From Alphaproteobacteria bacterium (GTDB lineage: Bacteria > Pseudomonadota > Alphaproteobacteria > JAAXGF01), in the NCBI GenBank assembly GCA_963555825.3, contig CAUVXB020000002.1:1184001-1248000 (forward strand): 64,000 nt of DNA, written 5' to 3'. Shown here piece after piece: positions 53,527 through 64,000 of this stretch; positions within the stretch are counted from its first letter, which is position 1; the number at the start of each line of letters is the position of its first letter. A program made the position numbers and the translations under genes. Under the pieces are notes generated by a model. The model was given only the letters and a program-made list of their open reading frames with translations, did not search any database and was not told the DNA's origin.

Positions 53527-54357
53527 ATGCCCGAACTGCCCGAAGTCGAAACCGTGTGCCGCGGCCTTGCGCCGCACCTCGTCGGCCGTCGTTTCACCGC
53601 CGTCGAGCAGCGCACCGAGAAGCTGCGCATACCCCTGCCCGAGCGTTTCGCCGAGCGCTTGACTGGCCGCCGGGTCACCGAGGTCGCGCGACGCGCCAAA
53701 TACATCCTGGTGCACCTCGACAACGGCGCGGTGATGCTCGTTCATCTCGGCATGTCGGGCCGCATGGTCGTCCACGGCGATCCGCCGCCCGCGCCGGCGC
53801 GCCACGACCACGTCGTCTTTCGCACTGACGCGGGCGACACCATCATCTTCAACGACGCGCGCCGCTTCGGCCTGATGACGCTGACCACGGTCAACGAACT
53901 CGACAGCCACCCGCTGCTCGCCGAGCTCGGCGTCGACCCGATCGTCGATGCGGTTTCGGGCGCGGCGCTGGCGGCGCTGCTGAAGGGCAAGAAGACGCCG
54001 ATCAAGGCGGCGCTGCTCGACCAGCGCGTGATCGCCGGCATCGGCAATATCTATGCCAGCGAGATACTGTTCCGCGCCGGCCTGTCGCCGCGGCGTTCGG
54101 CCCACACCGTGGCGGGCGTCCGCGCCCAGCGGTTGGCGCGCGCGATCCCCGCCGTGCTCCACGAGGCGATCGAGGCCGGCGGCACGTCGTTGCGCGATTA
54201 CGTTCAGGCATCGGGCGAGCTCGGCTATTTTCAGCACCGCTTCGCCGTTTACGACCGCGAGGGAAAGCCGTGCCCGGGCTGCGACTGCGCCGGCGGCATC
54301 CGCCGCATCGTCCAGTCGAACCGCTCGACCTTCTACTGTCCCAGGCGTCAACGCTGA
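53527..54357 (+). CDS. mutM: Formamidopyrimidine-DNA glycosylase
   Basis: [27 protein letters not shown]-terminal zinc finger. Confidence 0.96.
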   Translation: MPELPEVETVCRGLAPHLVGRRFTAVEQRTEKLRIPLPERFAERLTGRRVTEVARRAKYILVHLDNGAVMLVHLGMSGRMVVHGDPPPAPARHDHVVFRTDAGDTIIFNDARRFGLMTLTTVNELDSHPLLAELGVDPIVDAVSGAALAALLKGKKTPIKAALLDQRVIAGIGNIYASEILFRAGLSPRRSAHTVAGVRAQRLARAIPAVLHEAIEAGGTSLRDYVQASGELGYFQHRFAVYDREGKPCPGCDCAGGIRRIVQSNRSTFYCPRRQR

Positions 54358-54369
54358 GGAAGAGGCACG

Positions 54370-54726
54370 ATGAACGGGTTGCCAAAGATTTGCTTGTACG
54401 CGTGCTTGGCCATGCTATTAACGGCGCCCGCGCGCGCCGACGGCTTCGTCGGTGGCGCCGAGGACCTGCCGCTGATGGCCGGCCTGACCGAAGACGAAGG
54501 CGCCAACCTGGTCTTCGACAAGCCGGGCGGCCGCATCGTCGAGGCCTGGGCGACCGGCGCGGTGAGCCGCGCGGCGGTCGGCGCATTCTACGCCGAGACG
54601 CTGCCCCAGCTTGGCTGGCAGAGGCTCGACGCGGCGGACTGGACGCGCGAAGGCGAACGATTGCGTATCGACATCACGGGTGGTGACGACGCGCTGACCG
54701 TCCATTTTTCAATCTCGCCCGAATAA
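54370..54726 (+). CDS. Conserved hypothetical exported protein
   Basis: Signal peptide; [25 protein letters not shown]. Confidence 0.75.
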   Translation: MNGLPKICLYACLAMLLTAPARADGFVGGAEDLPLMAGLTEDEGANLVFDKPGGRIVEAWATGAVSRAAVGAFYAETLPQLGWQRLDAADWTREGERLRIDITGGDDALTVHFSISPE

Positions 54727-54757
54727 CACCAAGGCGCAGACCCGAGGGAGCGGCACC

Positions 54758-55531
54758 ATGGCGTACAAGAGAATAATCGTCGAAACACGCGGCCATGTCG
54801 GCCTGATCACACTCAACCGGCCCAAGGCGCTCAACGCGCTCAACGCCGAGCTGATCGGCGAGCTCAATCAGGCGCTCGACGGCTACGAGGCCGACGGCGA
54901 CGTCCGCGCCATCGTCATCACCGGCAGCGAGCGGGCCTTCGCGGCCGGCGCCGACGTCAATGAGATGAGCGACAAGAGCTTCATCGACGTGGTGCGCGAC
55001 GACTTCATCGCGCCCTGGGAACGCGTCACGCGCTGCAGGAAACCGGTGATCGCCGCGGTCGCCGGCTATGCGCTGGGCGGCGGCTGCGAGCTCGCCATGA
55101 TGTGCGACACGATCATCGCCGCCGAGACCGCCAAGTTCGGCCAGCCCGAAATCACGCTGGGCACGATCCCGGGCTCGGGCGGCACCCAGCGGCTGACCCG
55201 CGCGGTCGGCAAGGCAAAGGCGATGGAGATGATCCTGACCGGGCGCATGATGGACGCCGCGGAGGCCGAGCGCGCCGGTCTGGTGAGCCGCGTCGTTCCG
55301 GCCGCCGACGTCGTCGACGAGGCGATCAAGGTTGCCGAGCGCATCGCCGATATGTCGATGCCCACCGTCGCCATGGCCAAGGAGGCGGTCAACCGCGCCT
55401 TCGAACTCGGGCTCGCCGAGGGCGTGCGCTTCGAGCGCCGCCTGTTCCAGTCGACCTTCGCGACCGACGACCGCAAGGAAGGCATGTCCGCCTTCACCGA
55501 AAAACGCCAGGCGTCGTTCACCGACAGCTGA
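54758..55531 (+). CDS. Enoyl-CoA hydratase
   Basis: [47 protein letters not shown]. Confidence 0.94.
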   Translation: MAYKRIIVETRGHVGLITLNRPKALNALNAELIGELNQALDGYEADGDVRAIVITGSERAFAAGADVNEMSDKSFIDVVRDDFIAPWERVTRCRKPVIAAVAGYALGGGCELAMMCDTIIAAETAKFGQPEITLGTIPGSGGTQRLTRAVGKAKAMEMILTGRMMDAAEAERAGLVSRVVPAADVVDEAIKVAERIADMSMPTVAMAKEAVNRAFELGLAEGVRFERRLFQSTFATDDRKEGMSAFTEKRQASFTDS

Positions 55532-55585
55532 TCGAGGGCAGGCGGTACACACGGGTCAGTCTGCCGCAGCACGTCGCAACGGTGA

Positions 55586-55614
55586 TTGACGCGGGCCGCG
55601 CCGGGCGATATAAA
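55586..55614 (+). promoter_or_regulatory. Sigma70-type promoter of rpsT
   Basis: TTGACG-N17-TATAAA. Confidence 0.65.
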
Positions 55615-55685
55615 GCGCGGCCTCGCGAAAATGGCACGCCGATTCGCGAAACCAACCGTTCAACCGCCTGAGAAACAGAGAACCA

Positions 55686-55946
55686 ATGGCGCATCACAAG
55701 TCAGCGCTGAAGCGCATCCGGCTCACCGCGCGGCAGACCGTCGTCAACCGCGACCGCCGCAATCGCATTCGCACCTTCATGAAGAACGCCGAACTCGCCA
55801 TCGCCGGCGGCGACAAGGACGTGGCGGGCCAGGCGCTCAAGCGCGCGCAGCCCGAAATGATGCGCGGCGTCAGCCGCGGCATCCTCCACCGCAACACGGT
55901 GGCGCGCAGCATCTCGCGCCTCAACGCGCGCATCAAAGCGATGTGA
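55686..55946 (+). CDS. rpsT: 30S ribosomal protein S20
   Basis: MA.HKSA.KR, RIRT, GILH.N..AR..SRL. Confidence 0.95.
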   Translation: MAHHKSALKRIRLTARQTVVNRDRRNRIRTFMKNAELAIAGGDKDVAGQALKRAQPEMMRGVSRGILHRNTVARSISRLNARIKAM

Positions 55947-55987
55947 CGATGCGCCCGTGCGCCGCATGACGGCGCGTGGCGATCGAG

Positions 55988-56015
55988 GCCGTGCCCATCC
56001 GGGCGCGGCTTTTTT
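55988..56015 (+). terminator. Rho-independent terminator after rpsT
   Basis: GCCGTGCCC-ATCC-GGGCGCGGC followed by T6. Confidence 0.75.
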
Positions 56016-56289
56016 GCTGTCTGTGACACAACGGCCACAGATTTTTGCGAGTTCTCATTTCAGTCCTGTTGCCAGCCGCGCGGCACATCATTAATCTAGC
56101 GACTCGCGGCACTGGGGAGCGACGCCGCAAACTCGTAAGACGAACCGTCCGCACTGGATTGTAGGACAGCTGATACACACGTATCGGTTGAACGGGGGAT
56201 TTTTGTCGATGATCGGGACATGCCCCGCGGAGGGTTCGCCGATTTGGCGCGTGGTCGCGGGGTTGGGATGCGGAATAACGAGTGACGCC

Positions 56290-56757
56290 ATGGGGCTCGA
56301 GGACGTGCACGAAGCGGCAGCGAGGCGGGTTGAGGCGGACGCGGGTTACGCCGGTGACGTTACGCCGGACGAGGCGTGGCAGATCCTCAGTGAAGACCCG
56401 GGTGCGGTTCTGATCGACACGCGCACACAGCCCGAATGGGCCTTCGTCGGCATCCCCGACCTGGGTGCGGTCGACAAGCAGCCGGTGCTGGTGCCCTGGC
56501 AGACATTCCCGACTATGGGCGTCAACCCTAACTTTTCCGCCGAACTCGCCAACCGCGGCGTGACCCCCGACCAGACAACGTTGTTCATCTGCCGCTCGGG
56601 CAACCGGAGCGCCGCAGCCGCCATCGCGATGACCGCCAAGGGCTTCGTCCGCTGCTACAACGTCGCCGAGGGCTTCGAGGGGCCGCTCGACGCCGACAAG
56701 CACCGCGGCACGCTTGGCGGCTGGAAGGCGCGCGGCCTTCCCTGGGCGCAGGGCTAG
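56290..56757 (+). CDS. Rhodanese-like domain protein
   Basis: YAGDVTP.EAW, IDTRT.PEW.FVG.P, active loop CRSGNRS, GFEG, GWK..GLPW; start uncertain. Confidence 0.88.
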   Translation: MGLEDVHEAAARRVEADAGYAGDVTPDEAWQILSEDPGAVLIDTRTQPEWAFVGIPDLGAVDKQPVLVPWQTFPTMGVNPNFSAELANRGVTPDQTTLFICRSGNRSAAAAIAMTAKGFVRCYNVAEGFEGPLDADKHRGTLGGWKARGLPWAQG

Positions 56758-56761
56758 CCCC

Positions 56762-58168
56762 GTGGCCGCCAAGAAACCCGATGCGCCCGTGACGACCGAC
56801 GAGCAATGGGGCCGCGTGCGCGGTCAGCTGCGCGCCGAATTCGGCGCGGCGGCTTACAACAGCTGGTTGCAACCGCTCAGCCTCGACAGCGTCAGCGACG
56901 GCCGGGTGACGATGCACGCGCCGACGCGCTTCATGCGCGAATGGGTCGTGTCGCGCTACGCCGATCGCATCCGCGCCCTGTGGCGTGGCGAGGACCCAAA
57001 GATCAACGCCATCGACATCGCCGTCAAAGCCAAGGGCGCGGTCGCGGTCGCACGCGACGAGACGCCGGTGGCGCCGGTGGCGCCGGCCGCGTGGGCCGGC
57101 TCGGACGCCGCCAAGGGTCAAGCACCCGCGGTCGAACGCAACTTCACCGGCGCCCTCGACCTGCGTTACAACTTCGACAACTTCGTCGTCGGCAAGTCGA
57201 ACGAGTTCGCCCACGCCGCCGCCCAACGCGTCGCCAACGCCGACGAGGTGCCGTTCAATCCGCTGTTCATTTACGGCGGCGTCGGCCTGGGCAAGACCCA
57301 TCTGATGCACGGCATCGCCTGGGAGATCCGGCGCCGCGATCCAACGCGTCGGGTCATCTATCTTTCTGCCGAAAAGTTCATGTACCAGTTCATTCGGGCG
57401 CTGCGCTTCAAGGACACGATGGCGTTCAAGGAGCAGTTCCGCTCGGTCGACGTGCTGTTGATCGACGATGTCCAGTTCATTTCGGGCAAGGGCTCGACCC
57501 AGGAAGAATTCTTCCATACCTTCAACGCGCTGGTCGACCAGAACCGCCAGCTGGTGATCACCGGCGACCGCTCGCCATCGGGCCTCGACGGCATGGAGGA
57601 GCGGCTGCGCTCCAGGCTCGGCTGCGGTCTGGTCGCCGACATCCACCCGACCGATTACGAGCTGCGCCTCGGCATTCTCGAGTCCAAGCTCGAGCAGCTC
57701 GGCGCGCAGACCACGCCACGGCGCGTGCTCGAATTCCTGGCGCACCGTATCACCTCGAACATTCGCGAACTCGAAGGCGCGCTCAACCGCGTCGTCGCGC
57801 ATGCCACGCTGGTCGGCCGCCCGGTGACGCTCGAGACGACCCAAGAGCTGTTGCAGGACCTGCTGCGCGCCAACGATCGGCGCATTTCGATCGAGGAGAT
57901 CCAAAAGCGCGTCGCCGAACACTTCAACATCCGCGTCTCCGACATGCACTCGGCGCGCCGCGCGCGCGCCGTCGCGCGGCCGCGCCAGGTGGCGATGTAC
58001 CTGGCCAAGCAGCTGACCTCGCGCAGCCTGCCCGAGATCGGCCGCAAGTTCGGCGGCCGCGACCACACCACCGTGATGCACGCGGTCAAGAAGGTCGAGC
58101 AGCTGTCCAAATCGGACGCCGGGTTCGCCGAGGACGTCGAGCTTCTCAGGCGCATGATCGAGAGCTGA
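56762..58168 (+). CDS. dnaA: Chromosomal replication initiator
   Basis: FDNFVVG, NPLFIYGGVGLGKTHL, LIDDVQF, NIRELEGA, RQVAMYL, GGRDHTTV. Confidence 0.97.
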   Translation: MAAKKPDAPVTTDEQWGRVRGQLRAEFGAAAYNSWLQPLSLDSVSDGRVTMHAPTRFMREWVVSRYADRIRALWRGEDPKINAIDIAVKAKGAVAVARDETPVAPVAPAAWAGSDAAKGQAPAVERNFTGALDLRYNFDNFVVGKSNEFAHAAAQRVANADEVPFNPLFIYGGVGLGKTHLMHGIAWEIRRRDPTRRVIYLSAEKFMYQFIRALRFKDTMAFKEQFRSVDVLLIDDVQFISGKGSTQEEFFHTFNALVDQNRQLVITGDRSPSGLDGMEERLRSRLGCGLVADIHPTDYELRLGILESKLEQLGAQTTPRRVLEFLAHRITSNIRELEGALNRVVAHATLVGRPVTLETTQELLQDLLRANDRRISIEEIQKRVAEHFNIRVSDMHSARRARAVARPRQVAMYLAKQLTSRSLPEIGRKFGGRDHTTVMHAVKKVEQLSKSDAGFAEDVELLRRMIES

Positions 58169-58174
58169 AGCGGT

Positions 58175-58715
58175 CTAGCCCGGCTTTCTCACCAAGGACA
58201 GGTGCGGCACGGCGGATATCGGCCGACAGGCTAGGAAAGGCGTGCCGCGCGATGCCAGTACTCCCTTGCACGATTCGACGGCACGTAGGATCGCGTTTCC
58301 CGTTTCCTCGGCAGTCGGGGGCGTGACGGCGATGCCTTGGCATCGCAGAGCGTTCCCGACGCCCCGAGGGGGCGGGAAACGCGACCCGCAGGGCGGCCTT
58401 GCGCGGCCGCCGGCGGCGTTGCCCGGCGCTTGTGATGCGCCCAGCATCACGGCGCGCCGGGCGCCTTGCCGGACGACCGCGCAAGGCCGTCCTACGTACC
58501 GTGGCATCGTGCAAGTGAGTACTCGCGCATCGGGCAAGCGCTTTGACGCCGCCTGTCGTCCGAGATCCACCGCCCTTAAGGGTCGCGCCGGGCGGGGCGG
58601 GCGCGGCGTCGAAGGCCTTGACCATGACCCGGGCCACGCTCCGCGGCCTTCTTCTGGCGGATCGGCTCCGCCCGACGCGATGACGCGCCTGTCCATGGTG
58701 AGAAATCCGGGTTAG
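58175..58715. mobile_element. MITE family 2, long fold-back copy between dnaA and dnaN
   Basis: TIRs CTAGCCCGGCTTTCTCACCAAGGACAGG / CCTGTCCATGGTGAGAAATCCGGGTTAG; nested long inverted repeats; no credible protein. Confidence 0.85.
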
Positions 58716-58883
58716 CCGTCGGGTCGTCGAAGCGCCAAATCTTGTGCTGATTTCCGGTATCCTCTGATATACTAAGCCGCTGGCACGGTATGCGTTGAAC
58801 GATCCTTCCCGTCCGCCCTTCCAGCATCGTTGAAACCGTGTTGCCGCCGCACCGGCGGCACAAACATATAAGTCCTTGCAGAG

Positions 58884-59999
58884 ATGAAACTGACGATCGA
58901 ACGCGCCGTACTCATGAAGTCGCTGGGCCATGTCCAGAATGTCGTCGAACGGCGGACGACCATCCCAATTCTGTCGAATGTGCGCATGGACGCGGGTGAC
59001 GGCTTTCTCGGTCTGACCGCGACCGATATGGATATCTCGTTCAACGAGAAAGTCGCCGCCGAGGTCGGCACCGGCGGTGTCACCACCGCGTCGGCCCACA
59101 TGCTTTACGACATCGTGCGCAAGCTGCCCGACGGCGCCCAGGTCGACCTCGAGATTGGCGACGGCGACCAGCTCTCGTTGACCTCGGGACATTCGCGGTT
59201 TTCTTTGCCGCTGCTTGCGGCGGAGGAGTTTCCGGTGATGACCGAGGGCGAGCTGGCGCACCACTTCTCGCTGCCGGCCGCGAACCTGCGCCGGCTCATC
59301 GACAAGACCCGATTCGCGATCTCGACCGAGGAGACGCGCTACTACCTCAACGGCATCTATCTGCACGCCGCCAAGGGCGACGACGGCCCGGTGCTGCGCG
59401 CCGTGGCGACCGACGGCCACCGGCTGTCGCGCGTCGATGCGCCGTTGCCCGACGGCGCGGCCGACATGCCCGGCGTGATCGTGCCGCGCAAGACCGTGAA
59501 CGAGTTGCGCAAGCTGATCGACGAGGTCGAGGACGAGATTTCGGTCTCGGTCTCGGACGCCAAGATACGCTTCTCCTTCGGCGACGTCGTGCTGCTCTCA
59601 AAGCTGATCGACGGCAGCTTCCCCGATTACGAGCGTGTCATCCCGAGCGAGAACGACAAGACCGTGCAGATCAACGGCAAGGCGCTGTCCGAGGCGGTCG
59701 ACCGCGTGGCGACGATCTCGACCGACAAGACGCGCTCGGTCAAGCTGGCGCTCGACAGGAACCGGCTCGTGATCTCGGCCAACAGTCCAGAATCGGGCAG
59801 CGCGAGCGAGGACTTGGAGGTCGAGTACGACGGTCCCGAGCTGCAGATCGGCTTCAACTCGCGCTATTTGCTCGACGTCACCGAGCGAATCGACGGCGAC
59901 ACGGTCCACTTCGTCATGGCCGATTCGGTCTCGCCGACCATCCTGCGCGACTCGGGCGATTCGGTAGCGCTCTACGTCCTGATGCCGATGCGGGTGTGA
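58884..59999 (+). CDS. dnaN: DNA polymerase III beta clamp
   Basis: ERRTTIPILSN, ATD, ETRYYLNG, ATDGHRL, IVPRK, FPDYERVIP, VLMPMR. Confidence 0.97.
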   Translation: MKLTIERAVLMKSLGHVQNVVERRTTIPILSNVRMDAGDGFLGLTATDMDISFNEKVAAEVGTGGVTTASAHMLYDIVRKLPDGAQVDLEIGDGDQLSLTSGHSRFSLPLLAAEEFPVMTEGELAHHFSLPAANLRRLIDKTRFAISTEETRYYLNGIYLHAAKGDDGPVLRAVATDGHRLSRVDAPLPDGAADMPGVIVPRKTVNELRKLIDEVEDEISVSVSDAKIRFSFGDVVLLSKLIDGSFPDYERVIPSENDKTVQINGKALSEAVDRVATISTDKTRSVKLALDRNRLVISANSPESGSASEDLEVEYDGPELQIGFNSRYLLDVTERIDGDTVHFVMADSVSPTILRDSGDSVALYVLMPMRV

Positions 60000-60063
60000 G
60001 GGAACGACGCTGAGCACACCAGCGCCTGTCGCGATCGAAGCCGAAACGCCAACGACAACCGCG

Positions 60064-63631
<3,568 letters not shown>

Positions 63632-63663
63632 GCGGCGCGGTGCGGCGCGGCGATCAGCTGTAG

Positions 63664-64000
63664 ATGACCAAGAAACCGGACAAGAAGGGCAAGGCGCCGC
63701 GCAAGAAGAAGGGCGCGGCGCCAAAGCGGCGCTCGGCGCTCCGCTGGCTGTTCAAGTGGGGCTTCGTCGCGGCGATCTGGGGCGGCGTCGCGGCGCTCGC
63801 CCTCATCGCTTGGTACGGCTACGACCTGCCCGACATCAGCGATCTCGGCGAGCGCCAGCGCAATCCGTCGATCACGCTCGTTGCCGCCGACGGCGCGACC
63901 ATCGCGCGCTACGGCGACCTCTACGGCCCGCCGGCCACCATCGAGGCGATGCCGGCCTACCTGATCGAGGCCGTGCTGGCGACCGAGGACCGGCGCTTTT
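63664..64000 (+). CDS. Penicillin-binding protein 1A family (5' part; runs off the window edge)
   Basis: Basic N-terminus, TM, DLPD, AVLATEDRRF transglycosylase motif at window end. Confidence 0.85.
   Translation, partial: MTKKPDKKGKAPRKKKGAAPKRRSALRWLFKWGFVAAIWGGVAALALIAWYGYDLPDISDLGERQRNPSITLVAADGATIARYGDLYGPPATIEAMPAYLIEAVLATEDRRF

Noticed and set aside
53217-53723. Poly-Gly N-terminal extension of the UbiE ORF (524 aa)
   Set aside because: Runs through the MITE, the poly-C tract and antisense mutM; ATG 53216 starts the HTH domain
56016-58883. oriC next to dnaA
   Set aside because: No cluster of DnaA boxes or AT-rich unwinding element; the dnaA-dnaN gap is explained by a MITE

Overview
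GC-rich alphaproteobacterial (Rhodospirillales-like, inferred from gene order) core chromosome segment. It carries housekeeping clusters (etf-QO, UDG, moaB, rnhB/mutY/dciA/dsbA/smc, F0 ATP synthase, gcvTHP with a tandem glycine riboswitch, thrB/rnhA, thrC, ubiE/ubiB/coaBC/dut, mutM, rpsT, dnaA/dnaN/recF/gyrB), an arsR-arsI pair, an ECF sigma/anti-sigma cluster and one intact IS630. The less ordinary signals are: (i) an in-frame XRE-type HTH fused to the N-terminus of UbiE, with a perfect palindrome just upstream (candidate self-regulating quinone-biosynthesis enzyme); (ii) six copies of a ~110-185 bp intergenic multi-hairpin repeat with compensatory base changes, mostly CTAG/CTAA-bounded, carrying a nested mini-hairpin; (iii) a second TIR-bounded fold-back MITE family, one solo end of which supplies a stop and a start codon; (iv) a secreted caspase-like multidomain protein whose C-terminal module is AT-rich and looks swapped in. 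No CRISPR array, rRNA, tRNA or reverse transcriptase was seen. All annotation is by eye from motifs; no searches were run.
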